From IMG/VR virus record IMGVR_UViG_3300025131_009312, positions 1 through 61,871 of that record: DNA of 61,871 nucleotides; one strand, written 5' to 3'. Shown one piece after another: positions 26,244 through 36,575 of this stretch. A program made the translations under genes and the position numbers. The notes under the pieces were generated by a model that was not told the origin of the DNA, searched no databases, and saw nothing but the letters and a program-made list of their open reading frames with translations. Origin of the DNA: a virus (lineage: Duplodnaviria > Caudoviricetes). Position 1 is the first letter of the stretch. Every line of letters begins with the position of its first letter.

Positions 26244-27974
26244 ATGGCACTCACAGTCAAGGACATAGGGGAAATCTACGGCTCCCTCAACGAGATCTCG
26301 GCAAATCCAGGCCCCTCTGCGGATCGTCGAGCCACTACTACCACCGAAGCGCTCTCTCGTGCTCTGGCAGACATATATACACCCGACGCGCTAGCGGATA
26401 AAACAACATTTTTGGGAATCGTACTTATAAGTTATCCTACCAAATTGCCCAGACAGGGCTCAAAGCAGGAACTTCTCCACACACCAACCCCTATTGAGGG
26501 GAAGGATGGGGAGCCCGGACACCGACTCTATCCTTATTACGACGTCTATAAAGTTTACATTCCAGAGCTGGAACCAATTCCTTTAAATTGGGATGATCCA
26601 AATCCTTCGGACAACCAAATGACGTTGCAACAGAGGGTTATGACTTTTGACGATATTATCCCCAGCAATGAGATTTTGCGCGATCTCCCGGGCCCTATTC
26701 CCGCCGGAACAATTGTTGCGGTCCAGTATGAAGACTTGTCTCAATTAAAAAACCCGCGTATTGTTGGAGTTAATGGGGGCGGCCCCGCATTTGACATAGA
26801 CCTTCAAGCCGGAGCGACAGGTCTTAAGCACGCCTGGCAACGCGGTGGCATTGAAACTAGCTTGTCGGGATTTCCTTGGTCCGATAAAAAGCTTCAAAAG
26901 ACCGCCATATGGAAGTCTACCAAGGCCAAATATGCGGCCTGGAACGGCACAATTCTCAGGAATGGGGAAATACAGGACGTTCCTGGATTGCTGAAGGAGC
27001 ATCGAAAGAATGATAAGGTTCACTGTCAACTGCTAGCACCAGCCTACGAGGACTGGCAACTCTTAACGTCGGCGTATAAAAACAAGTTTGGAGAAGAGCT
27101 ACATGGAAGCGGTTATAGGACATGGGCGGGCCAGGTTGCCGTACGAATGGAACGAGTTAAAGGTGATCAGGCCTGTGCGGGCCATGGCAAATGCCGTGAT
27201 CTGGATGGCACAGGCTCGGGAGTGTGCGACAAAAACTGTAACAATATTGGATACGCAGCGGTCCCGGGCACTTCTAATCATGGCTGGGCAGCAGCAGTTG
27301 ATATCTACCCTGGCTGGGCGTTTCCATGTAGGTCAGCCCCGGGCGGCAGAGACCAGGCTGGCTGTGATAAGGCGGGCGGTGTAGCGCTTATGGGCTCAGC
27401 AGCCTTCGAAAAGTGGAAGTGGTTGAACAAGTTTGGCAAGAAATTCAATTTTGTTTTTAATGTCGATGGGGAACATTGGCATCTTGGTTGGATCGCGATC
27501 AGTGAAGTCGCACCAGCAATCGTGGTCAATCAGAACGCCTGGGACCCCACCGGAATCGACGAAGAACTCGAGTTCGGCCCTGGACCTGACGCAGCCCTCC
27601 TTGCCCGCGCCGGGGAGACCCCCGAGGAGGCTGAAGCAAATCGGGCAGCGGAAAATGAAGCCGCACGAAAGGCTAAGGAAGCCGAAGCCAAGGCCGCGGA
27701 AAAGGCCGCGGCAGACAAAGAGAATGAAGAATTCCAGGCCGAGTTCCGCGCGATGCAGGAGGAAAAGCGCCTTGATGCCAAGGCCTTGTGCCAGGAATCG
27801 GCATTTCTTAATGAAGATGGCACCTCACCGGACGACCTTGCATACCAGATAAACGACTGCAGAACAGTCCGCTACGCTAGGTGCAAAGACTTCACTCCAC
27901 ACCAAGGCGGCCCCACTGGCCCGACGATAGATGGCAGGATTATAGATTGTACTGAGTTCGGGAGGAGTACATAA
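26244..27974 (+). CDS. Baseplate hub-like protein with M15 (VanY-type) peptidoglycan peptidase domain
   Basis: SGYR (~27108), AAVPGTSNHGWAAAVD (SxHxxxxxxD), EHWH; N-terminal beta/OB-like part (YKVYIPE...P.AGTIVAVQY); A/E/K-rich coiled coil. Confidence 0.75.
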   Translation: MALTVKDIGEIYGSLNEISANPGPSADRRATTTTEALSRALADIYTPDALADKTTFLGIVLISYPTKLPRQGSKQELLHTPTPIEGKDGEPGHRLYPYYDVYKVYIPELEPIPLNWDDPNPSDNQMTLQQRVMTFDDIIPSNEILRDLPGPIPAGTIVAVQYEDLSQLKNPRIVGVNGGGPAFDIDLQAGATGLKHAWQRGGIETSLSGFPWSDKKLQKTAIWKSTKAKYAAWNGTILRNGEIQDVPGLLKEHRKNDKVHCQLLAPAYEDWQLLTSAYKNKFGEELHGSGYRTWAGQVAVRMERVKGDQACAGHGKCRDLDGTGSGVCDKNCNNIGYAAVPGTSNHGWAAAVDIYPGWAFPCRSAPGGRDQAGCDKAGGVALMGSAAFEKWKWLNKFGKKFNFVFNVDGEHWHLGWIAISEVAPAIVVNQNAWDPTGIDEELEFGPGPDAALLARAGETPEEAEANRAAENEAARKAKEAEAKAAEKAAADKENEEFQAEFRAMQEEKRLDAKALCQESAFLNEDGTSPDDLAYQINDCRTVRYARCKDFTPHQGGPTGPTIDGRIIDCTEFGRST

Positions 27975-27975
27975 A

Positions 27976-28977
27976 ATGGCCGATGGCGTAGACTTATCCA
28001 AGAAAAGATCCGTATCGGCTTTAAATCCCGACACTCTTCCCCCTTCAGAACTTGCCCGCTTTAGACTCCTCGGTCAAGACTTGCTTAGGCAGTCTAACTT
28101 TTTTGGCCTCTTTGGCCGCGGCCGCCGCCATTTTGATACGCCCAGGTTTTTATCCACAGGCGCCGAACGGGTGGTGTCCAATGGAAATGCTGAGATTGTA
28201 TTGGGCCTGGACAGACCGGGTAATAAATTCTCAGGCTTTGGGGGAAAGGGCAACACTCATTGCGCCGCGATTGATATAGTCGCCGGCCGAATGGGAACCT
28301 ATGCGACTTCAAAAACATCCACAGGTCAAGATGTCCTGGTGAATCCTAACTTTACAATTGACGCTGCGCGCGTTTATATCAGTCAAAAATCGAATGTAGA
28401 TGGTAATTTTTCCCTCGCTGCCGGCAAAGTAGGAAACACTTCCGAAGAAGATCCCCGCTCGACCGTCGCACTTAAGGCTGACACAGTGCGATTAATTGGA
28501 CGAGAGAATATCAAACTTATCACACGCACAGATATGAGAAACTCTCAGGGAGGGGAAACTGATAATACCTACAAAGCCCAATATGGTATTGATCTGATAG
28601 CGATGAATGACGACAGTGATATGCAGCCCCTGGTTAAGGGGGACAATCTAGTGGAATGCTTGAATGCAATTGTAGATGCTGTGGTCAGCTTAAGAACTAT
28701 TGTAGAAAATCAAACAACTTACACGCGAGATATAATTTCGGCGCTGATGATGCACACACACCCCTCCCCCTTTTATGGAATAGACAGTGCCCCTGATTTT
28801 AAAGCAGTACTACCGAAGAGCGCTAAATTTATCATCGAGAGTGTGCTCAATGTAGAAGTTCCCATGATGCTGCAGCACATGATGGAAACGAATGGCATAG
28901 TTAATGATTATTTATCAAACGAAGGGGGAATGGTGTCACCGCAATACGTCTGCAGCAAGTACAATAGCACCAACTAA
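27976..28977 (+). CDS. Baseplate central spike-like protein (gp5/gpV C-terminal type)
   Basis: Short beta-strand repeats (AEIVLG, AIDIVAGR, ARVYISQ, VALKADTVRLIGRENIKL), QPLVKGDNL, then HTH (HxH) at 28753-28761. Confidence 0.65.
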   Translation: MADGVDLSKKRSVSALNPDTLPPSELARFRLLGQDLLRQSNFFGLFGRGRRHFDTPRFLSTGAERVVSNGNAEIVLGLDRPGNKFSGFGGKGNTHCAAIDIVAGRMGTYATSKTSTGQDVLVNPNFTIDAARVYISQKSNVDGNFSLAAGKVGNTSEEDPRSTVALKADTVRLIGRENIKLITRTDMRNSQGGETDNTYKAQYGIDLIAMNDDSDMQPLVKGDNLVECLNAIVDAVVSLRTIVENQTTYTRDIISALMMHTHPSPFYGIDSAPDFKAVLPKSAKFIIESVLNVEVPMMLQHMMETNGIVNDYLSNEGGMVSPQYVCSKYNSTN

Positions 28978-28979
28978 TT

Positions 28980-31900
28980 ATGAGCCCTCCACTACCACCA
29001 CCTCCGCTGCCCGGCTTTGCCGGAATCATACAGCAAAATGATCTGAAGAGCAAGCAACCTCGCTTGCCATGGCGTACCAAAAACGGGTTGTATCAGGTTA
29101 TAATATACACTGAGAAAGCGGGGATTAAAACCCCCGGCGATGTAATGGGTGATGCTGCCCTAATAAAAGCCGGTCTTGATAGTTACATGGAGCACTATTT
29201 TCCCGAATTTTATCCTTTTATAGCCAACAATAACGCCGTACAGATAGCAGACCATGAAGTTCAATACTATAATCTTAGAGGTGAGATAGAATCGTCCATG
29301 TCCGCGGCCACGGTTGAAACAACCAATATGGGATTCATGGGAACCCCTTTTACGTCGGCTACCAAAATCGTGTTCCAGACATTGTTCAACTTCGCCACGC
29401 GCCGAGAAGAAATGGTGGCCGCTTCCTCGTTGCCGCCCTTTGAGTTGGCTCTGGAGACCTTTAATATCACTCAAGACTATGGCGAAGCAGCTAAGTCTGT
29501 CAACTTCGACATGACCACAACCCCTGACCTAGTGGAGAGGCTATCGGGGCAGCTTAATTCCTTTGGCGATTTTATGCGTCAAATGGCCAATGATTTGGAA
29601 TATAATCTTAATTTTGGTTTTCTCGCACGTGAAGTCCGCGAAATCGTTAATGCCTTAATGACGATTATATATGATACCATTGACCCGGAGGGCTCACGCC
29701 CCGTAATGGAGGCGACAGATTATATTTCGGTGTACTTTGATGATCAGAATCACATTGTAAGAATTGAATACTTTTTTGTAACCATCACCGAGGGGAATAC
29801 CGAGACTTCGAAGGTAGGGTATATCACCAACATCAAGAACAATCTTTTGTTGCAAAACCCACTAAGTCGTAATATTTTGGCTAACTACGAAGAAATTCTG
29901 CGCGATATCGACAAAAACAAGGGTCTAGATCAACAAACCAATATAATAGATTTTCTCCAACAATATGCCGTGGCAGCCGAAAGCGGAAATCCTGGAAAGT
30001 TCGGCGCATTTGGAAACCCCTTTGGCCCCGATAGTCCAGTCCAGCCTCCTTTTAATAATATATTTGCCACATCTCCGATGGCCGGCGCCGGCGCAGGTTC
30101 CCGTGCAGTTGAACCAGATAGGATGCTTAATGCTCGGGACTTCGACGATCTGACCAAAAAGATAAAATCATTTATTAGTTATGAGGAAATTGCCAAGATT
30201 GATGAGGCTGCCAAAGATCCAGAGCTGCGCAGCCGTATGGTCCAAAAAGAGAAGGCCAAAAAAATCAACGCGGCGGTACAGGTTACTAAGATAATTGATA
30301 AAATAGCCACTTTTAATTTTCCTCTGGCCGGCCCCAATAAGAGTAAAGAGGCTCGTATTATCAACCAGGTGTTATCCCAGTTTGGAATTCAACAACTTGC
30401 CCGAGAAGCCCTGATCTGCTTGACCTTTGGCATTGGGGCGGCCACTCAGCGCATTACGGGTGCTGTCCGTGATTCTCTCACTAGCACTGACTTATATAAC
30501 CGGCCCCGTAATCCGTCGGACGAACTTAACCTAGAACGACCCAAATTGGGAGATTTTAAAGCATATTTTTCAATTACAGGAGATCCTCCACTCGGAAAGC
30601 AAATTTTAAATATTATTCTAAATGCTTTGGCGAATGCGGGCTTTGAGATTATCAAAGCCTTGGCCGATCTCATTAAACTAAATTGTAACGATGTCATCAG
30701 AGCCATGGTCGGCGCAGTGGATTGCGGAGAGGAATTGCGCGCGCTCAATGATCAAGCCCAAATACCAGATCTTGGAGACATATTATATAACATAGCCGCT
30801 GGTTACGGCTTTACCGGCATGCCACAAGCCTATGATTACCTCAGTGACGTTTCAAAAGTTTTGGATGTAGTAGAACTGTGTCGCTTGCTCAATGCGCCGG
30901 ATGAAGTCGAGGTGGCCACATTAAACAAGGTTATTGCATTTAACCGACAATATCATGTTACCGCTATCCAAACTAACCTGGTAACGGGAACCGAAGTGAT
31001 ATCATTTTTCGAGAGAGTCTCGGAGTACGTCGACACGGTGACCCTTTGTAACCGCGCGGTCAATAATCTGCTCGATGAGGTTAGAAAGTCTTGCAATGTT
31101 TGTTTGGACGAGGACTTTTATGACGGCCTAGAAAAAACTGCTGCCATTCAAGAGCTTACCAATCTTATAGAGCACGGCCCAATTATTGAGATTCCACCAT
31201 TTGACTTTATGTGCCCGGACTCGGAGTTCTTCATTAACAATCCAGTTTACTCGGTAACTCTTCCCAATGCGTTCAACGCGCTGGTAGACTCGATCCAATT
31301 GTATTTTGGCGGTTCTTTGGAAAGCGCGCGAGCCTCTCTACTCATGGAAGGGGTGACAAACGAGCCAAACCCCCAACAGGACGCCATCGACGAGTGCGGC
31401 CTTACTGAAGACCCTGTTGAAATCGACACCGCGGTCCTTAATATAATCAAGGATATTTTCAGTAAACTAGCCGAAGGAATTCAATTTATCGCCGATAATG
31501 CCAATTCACCTGTTTGCGCCGACCTCGACCTCTCCAAATTCCCAGACTTAGATAGCCTAATGATAGCATTAGAGGCAATCACCGCTGGTCTTGAGGCCTC
31601 GCCTGACGCAATCCAGGGAGTGGTAGACAACATCAATGCCGCGCAGTCCTCTATTACTGAGGGAAGTGCTGCCCCCGTCGCTCGTGTCGAACCGGTATTT
31701 CCTATTTTGTACAAACAAGCGTTCGCCAATGCTATAGGTTATTTGAACTTCAGCGCGCCTACTGATCTTACCGGCGCCACCACTAAATCCACCGGCGGAA
31801 TTCAAAGTGGCAGCATCATCAAGTCAGCAACGTCTTTTGAAATAGGCGCCCTCAACGCGGAGATGTATGAGGCCATGTCAATCAGCTATGACTTTAATAA

Positions 31901-34313
31901 GTCGAATGTAAATGTACACCAAACAGATGATATGATCATTACTTGGCCCCCCTATTCCACAGACGAGGCCCCCTATGTGGGCTTGAGTTATAATATTCCT
32001 TTTGATGTATATTCCTCCTCTCCGACCGCTCTCCCACTAAACGGGTCCTTTACTGAGACAGTCAATCCCGCGGCCTTGCCAATGAATGAGATATATAAAA
32101 CAAAACTTATAAACCCCCATGTTTACCGATTTATCGACGCCTATGGTCTTGGTGCCTTGGAAAATTCCGATTGGCTGCAAGTCGCAGCCCAGGAGTTTCC
32201 GCTGGTTCAGGCAGCATCGGCACGCAGGGTATTTGATTATTGTTTGCGAAAGGGTGCTTTTTCAGTTGCTCGTGTCCAGAATCTTAATCTCTTTAAGAAC
32301 AATGCCAATTGTTCACCGGCGGATATAGGTGATCTTCTCGATGCCGATGGAATCATTGATCAAATGAAGAAGAACTTTTTAGATGACATGTGTTCCACCA
32401 ATGCGGGTGTAAACATCAGCGAAGGCGTTCGTCGCACTCTAGAATTCGGAATAATAAATCTGCTTATTCAGGCGGTTTTGATACAATTTATCATCAAGAA
32501 TATTACTGTCTTCTCAGCGTTCAAAATGTCAGATATCTTTTCCATCAAATACCCCCTCCGGGATTACATCATTGCTCAGGTGGCCACAGAGGTCCGGCGC
32601 CACGCGACAGCAGGCACCGGAATGGGCCAGCTCCTTAGAAGCGCTATGATAGGATATTTTGAGAGCCGAAGTACGCGACAGTCTACCCAGAATGTGGGTG
32701 GTATTACTCACTCCTATGCTCCCACCGAACTGGTCACAGGCTTCACGGCACCGCAGTTTTCTTATATCGGAAACATGCAGCAGATGATTAGCTTTCTGGT
32801 TAACGAGAGAATTGGTTATACGTGGGGGCAAGAAATTGCTAGCGACTATGAAACTGGCACTCCAATCACAGAGACTCGATCAACCATGACTGCTATTGGC
32901 AACATTATGGACTCTGGTCCCAATAAAAAGCCTTACAGCAGAGTGTTTCTGGAGAATGCGGTAGGCGTCTATAACGGATTTAAACAAATGTGGACAGATA
33001 AGACCTCCGGAGGTCAGACTACCCAGGGTGATTACGCTTGGGGCCCCACCGCCGATAAGGGCGACTTTTCGGAAATCAACGGAAATATGGGAATTTTAAA
33101 AGAAGTTGTTGTTGATGCAGCCGCCTTAAGTTCGGCCTACCAAAACCTGTTCGCCGCCACGACCGGTACCGTGACTATGAGCGCGGAGATGTTTTCACAA
33201 GTGTTTTCAGACATGGTTGCCCCCTCCGATATTAGTGTTCAATATACCCTTTATTTGTTTGATCGCGGGACGGGTATTTATGTAGACCAGGTGTGGAATT
33301 GGGAAACCCTTCCCGAAAGCAACGTCGGCATGATGCAGAATGCTGCGTATCTGGCCTCGAACCCCGCGCTTCGCCTCCCGAAGGCCCTTGTAACCATTCC
33401 CGTTGCGTCGACGGTCGATACTCCGACCGGTGGACCATGGGCCTCAGTCCCCCCCGCCATCACAGGCTTCCTGGGCAATATATCGTCAGCCACTGGTAAT
33501 CTTATAATGGGCATAACAACTACAGACTATCAGACTCTTGGCGCAAACTCTGAACTGCAACTGTTCTTAGATCAGTGTGCGAGCCAAAACACCGCAATTA
33601 TGGCGCCTCTCTTATACAACTTATACTTAAGCGATAAATATTTTACCACTACGGTAGGAAGCTTTGATACAACTATCATCGCCATCTTAAATCTTTTGAA
33701 GGCTACTGACGACAGTCGCCGACCACCCACAGCATCTGATAGATCGGCAGCCCAAGACTTCAACAATAGTATGGCAGATTCAGATAATAATCTAGAATCC
33801 CTCGCCCGGGAGATATTCTTAAAATTCTTGAAAGAAACTCCTCTACAAATTTTGAAGGGTCTTGTCGAACTCATCGACCCTCATGTGGCAATTTCTAAAT
33901 TTATTAGAGATGTGACAGCCGAGGGCTTCGGCATGGCTGCTAAGGGTATCACAACCGTGATTGATGCGATGCCCGACGAGCCCCCTAACCCCCTTAAAGA
34001 AAATGGCGCGACCGGGGAAGACATCTTGGCATTGGCGTTCTGCGGCTATAATTTGGGAAATCAGTTTGCATCTGAGGCCGCGAATCTACCGACCGCACCA
34101 TGGGACGCCGAAAGCGACGAGGGCAGTTTATTTGGACCAAGAATATCTTTAAACGGAGTCGACTTCACGGGCACCGTGACTGGGATGTTTATGTTGCCCC
34201 CGTCTCCGCTCGGGATAATCTATCTTTTGCTTAAATTTCTACTCGATCAGATAGAATTACCAGATGGGTCTGAGGAAGAGGGAGAGCCTACCGACACATC
34301 AGCTGAATGTTAA
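28980..34313 (+). CDS. Large putative virion/baseplate-associated protein (1777 aa)
   Basis: Long uninterrupted ORF between the spike and gp25; acidic and largely helical; no recognised motif. Confidence 0.6.
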   Translation: MSPPLPPPPLPGFAGIIQQNDLKSKQPRLPWRTKNGLYQVIIYTEKAGIKTPGDVMGDAALIKAGLDSYMEHYFPEFYPFIANNNAVQIADHEVQYYNLRGEIESSMSAATVETTNMGFMGTPFTSATKIVFQTLFNFATRREEMVAASSLPPFELALETFNITQDYGEAAKSVNFDMTTTPDLVERLSGQLNSFGDFMRQMANDLEYNLNFGFLAREVREIVNALMTIIYDTIDPEGSRPVMEATDYISVYFDDQNHIVRIEYFFVTITEGNTETSKVGYITNIKNNLLLQNPLSRNILANYEEILRDIDKNKGLDQQTNIIDFLQQYAVAAESGNPGKFGAFGNPFGPDSPVQPPFNNIFATSPMAGAGAGSRAVEPDRMLNARDFDDLTKKIKSFISYEEIAKIDEAAKDPELRSRMVQKEKAKKINAAVQVTKIIDKIATFNFPLAGPNKSKEARIINQVLSQFGIQQLAREALICLTFGIGAATQRITGAVRDSLTSTDLYNRPRNPSDELNLERPKLGDFKAYFSITGDPPLGKQILNIILNALANAGFEIIKALADLIKLNCNDVIRAMVGAVDCGEELRALNDQAQIPDLGDILYNIAAGYGFTGMPQAYDYLSDVSKVLDVVELCRLLNAPDEVEVATLNKVIAFNRQYHVTAIQTNLVTGTEVISFFERVSEYVDTVTLCNRAVNNLLDEVRKSCNVCLDEDFYDGLEKTAAIQELTNLIEHGPIIEIPPFDFMCPDSEFFINNPVYSVTLPNAFNALVDSIQLYFGGSLESARASLLMEGVTNEPNPQQDAIDECGLTEDPVEIDTAVLNIIKDIFSKLAEGIQFIADNANSPVCADLDLSKFPDLDSLMIALEAITAGLEASPDAIQGVVDNINAAQSSITEGSAAPVARVEPVFPILYKQAFANAIGYLNFSAPTDLTGATTKSTGGIQSGSIIKSATSFEIGALNAEMYEAMSISYDFNKSNVNVHQTDDMIITWPPYSTDEAPYVGLSYNIPFDVYSSSPTALPLNGSFTETVNPAALPMNEIYKTKLINPHVYRFIDAYGLGALENSDWLQVAAQEFPLVQAASARRVFDYCLRKGAFSVARVQNLNLFKNNANCSPADIGDLLDADGIIDQMKKNFLDDMCSTNAGVNISEGVRRTLEFGIINLLIQAVLIQFIIKNITVFSAFKMSDIFSIKYPLRDYIIAQVATEVRRHATAGTGMGQLLRSAMIGYFESRSTRQSTQNVGGITHSYAPTELVTGFTAPQFSYIGNMQQMISFLVNERIGYTWGQEIASDYETGTPITETRSTMTAIGNIMDSGPNKKPYSRVFLENAVGVYNGFKQMWTDKTSGGQTTQGDYAWGPTADKGDFSEINGNMGILKEVVVDAAALSSAYQNLFAATTGTVTMSAEMFSQVFSDMVAPSDISVQYTLYLFDRGTGIYVDQVWNWETLPESNVGMMQNAAYLASNPALRLPKALVTIPVASTVDTPTGGPWASVPPAITGFLGNISSATGNLIMGITTTDYQTLGANSELQLFLDQCASQNTAIMAPLLYNLYLSDKYFTTTVGSFDTTIIAILNLLKATDDSRRPPTASDRSAAQDFNNSMADSDNNLESLAREIFLKFLKETPLQILKGLVELIDPHVAISKFIRDVTAEGFGMAAKGITTVIDAMPDEPPNPLKENGATGEDILALAFCGYNLGNQFASEAANLPTAPWDAESDEGSLFGPRISLNGVDFTGTVTGMFMLPPSPLGIIYLLLKFLLDQIELPDGSEEEGEPTDTSAEC

Positions 34314-34337
34314 CCGGTTAAAAACCATAATGATAGG

Positions 34338-34345
34338 TATTTATT
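34338..34345 (+). promoter_or_regulatory. Candidate late-promoter element TATTTATT
   Basis: In one of the few intergenic gaps, just upstream of the GAGG RBS and the gp25 ATG; same octamer at 57772-57779. Confidence 0.4.
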
Positions 34346-34358
34346 AAGAGGTATTAAT

Positions 34359-34760
34359 ATGTCATCAGGATTAGCGCCAAGATTGCCCCTGGAAGTGGAC
34401 GACACATTTGGGGCATACAATCTAATAACGGATTTTGAAACGCTAGCAAACCAGAATCTCAAAATGCTTTTGTTTACATCTCCTGGGGAGAAAGTAATGG
34501 ATGTAGAGTTTGGAGTTGGTGTGCGTCAATTTTTGTTTGAACCTAATCGGACCGATACGTATTCTCGGCTCGATAGCAAGATAAGGGAGCAGGTCAACAT
34601 GTATTTGCCTTTTATTGGAATCGAGCGTATTGATTTTATTGTACCAGAAGGAAATCCTGATCTGTTTCCCCACACGATTAACTTAAAGCTATACTACCAG
34701 ATAAAACCATTGAGTTCTTTTGGTATGCTGGAAGTTGATGTTGCGGGAGCGGGCGTCTAA
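34359..34760 (+). CDS. Baseplate wedge protein, T4 gp25/GpW-like
   Basis: NLKMLLFTSPGEKVMDVEFGVGVRQFLFE...YLPFI signature. Confidence 0.9.
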   Translation: MSSGLAPRLPLEVDDTFGAYNLITDFETLANQNLKMLLFTSPGEKVMDVEFGVGVRQFLFEPNRTDTYSRLDSKIREQVNMYLPFIGIERIDFIVPEGNPDLFPHTINLKLYYQIKPLSSFGMLEVDVAGAGV

Positions 34761-34781
34761 TTATTCATAGGTTTAAACGAC

Positions 34782-36575
34782 ATGCAGAAAAAAATAATAC
34801 CCATTAACTATACTAGCCGCGACTTCGAGTCCATCCGCCAAGAGCTGGAGAATTTCGCTCGTCGCTATTATCCCAACACTTATCAAGACTTTAATGAAGC
34901 CTCTTTCGGTTCCCTGATGTTAGATACCGTGGCGTATGTGGGAGACATCTTATCGTTTTACTTAGACTATCAGACTAACGAAAGCTTCCTAGATAGCGCT
35001 GTCGAGTATTCCAACGTTTTGCGACTAGCCCGGCAGCTGGGATATAAGCAAACAACTAGTCCTGCATCTTACGGCCTTTTAACTTTTTATATTGAGGTAC
35101 CTGCCGCAACCACGGGTCTCGGTCCCGACCCTGCTTTAACACCAATTTTAGAGGCCGGCTCCACCTTCAACTCGGTGGGTGGCGGTACCTATACCCTACT
35201 TGGCGATGTCGATTTTAATAATTCCGCTGTAGAAACGGTAGTGGGTCAAGTGAACCCACTTAACGGTCAGCCAACCACTTATGTTCTTAGACTGAAAGGA
35301 CGGGCCGTCTCGGGCCGCGGCAACGTTGCAACCATTCCCATGGGAGACTTTCAGAGATTTCAGGTGGTTAAGATACCAGCGCCAAATATCAGTGACGTTA
35401 TAAGAGTGTTGGATACGGACGGTAATGAGTACTATGAAGTAGACAATTTATCTCAGAACATAGTTTACAAAGCCATCCGGAATACTGGAGAAAACAGAAG
35501 AACAGTTCCAAATATTTTGAAGGCCGTTCCAGTGGCTCGTCGCTTCGCTCTCGAAACTATTAATGGAGAAACATATTTACAGTTTGGATATGGTTCTGCT
35601 AACAATAGGCTCACCAACCCGGTTGTCGACCCAACTGAGGTCATATTAGATCTTAATGGCCGAACCTACAGTACAGAGATTGACTTTGACCCGACCAGGC
35701 TCATAAGCACTGACAAATTTGGAATTGCGCCGGCGAATACTACCCTTACGGTAGAATATCGCTACAATACCACCACTGACGTAAATGCCGGCGTGGACAC
35801 TATAACCCAGATCGCCGACGCGCGCCTAAGGTTTAAATCACAGGGTTCCCTATCAACAGCCTCTCGTGCCACAGTTAGAAATTCACTAGAAGTCTCCAAT
35901 GAGCAGTCGTTTGTGGGGGACGTATCGCTACCTTCAACTGAAGAGGTGCGGCAGCGCACCTATAGTCATTTTGCCACTCAGAATCGAGCGGTAACTGGAC
36001 GCGACTATCAGGCTCTGTGCTACAGTATGCCACCCAAATATGGCATGATTAAGCGCGCAGCTGTTCTTAAGGATACTGACGAGTTCAAAAGGAATGTGAA
36101 TATTTTGGTCATCTCCGAGTCTTCGACCGGCAAATTAATCAAATCTAACGCAACTCTTAAGAATAATTTAAAAAATTGGTTACTTCACTATAAAATGATT
36201 AGTGATACAATTGATATTCTTGATCCTTTGATTGTGAACTATGCTGTGGAGTATGAAGTTATGACGGACCTGGGAGCAAATAGATTTGAGGTGATTAATC
36301 GCTGCACAGATGCACTGGCCTCCCAATTATCATTTGTGCAGGACATCGGCGAGAGACTTTCTCTTACCGAGATGTATAGAGTCCTCCAGAAAGTGGAGGG
36401 CGTGGTGGATGTGAGTTCGCTAGAAGTCAAACTCCGCTCGGGTAATCTCTATTCCGAGTCTAACTATAACTTTGAGGGCGCCCTTTCTGCCGATGGTAAG
36501 AACGTTTTAGCAGCTTCGAATGTTATATTTGAATTGAAATATCCAAACCTTGATTTAATTGGGTCAGTTCGATAA
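34782..36575 (+). CDS. Baseplate wedge protein, T4 gp6/baseplate J-like
   Basis: YTSRDFESIR, YVGDILSFYLD, ESFLDSA, LARQLGY, LQFGYG, TQNRAVTGRDY, VEGVVDV. Confidence 0.9.
   Translation: MQKKIIPINYTSRDFESIRQELENFARRYYPNTYQDFNEASFGSLMLDTVAYVGDILSFYLDYQTNESFLDSAVEYSNVLRLARQLGYKQTTSPASYGLLTFYIEVPAATTGLGPDPALTPILEAGSTFNSVGGGTYTLLGDVDFNNSAVETVVGQVNPLNGQPTTYVLRLKGRAVSGRGNVATIPMGDFQRFQVVKIPAPNISDVIRVLDTDGNEYYEVDNLSQNIVYKAIRNTGENRRTVPNILKAVPVARRFALETINGETYLQFGYGSANNRLTNPVVDPTEVILDLNGRTYSTEIDFDPTRLISTDKFGIAPANTTLTVEYRYNTTTDVNAGVDTITQIADARLRFKSQGSLSTASRATVRNSLEVSNEQSFVGDVSLPSTEEVRQRTYSHFATQNRAVTGRDYQALCYSMPPKYGMIKRAAVLKDTDEFKRNVNILVISESSTGKLIKSNATLKNNLKNWLLHYKMISDTIDILDPLIVNYAVEYEVMTDLGANRFEVINRCTDALASQLSFVQDIGERLSLTEMYRVLQKVEGVVDVSSLEVKLRSGNLYSESNYNFEGALSADGKNVLAASNVIFELKYPNLDLIGSVR

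Noticed and set aside
26244-27974. vanY vancomycin-resistance gene
   Set aside because: The M15 domain is embedded in a baseplate-module protein and no van cluster genes are present.
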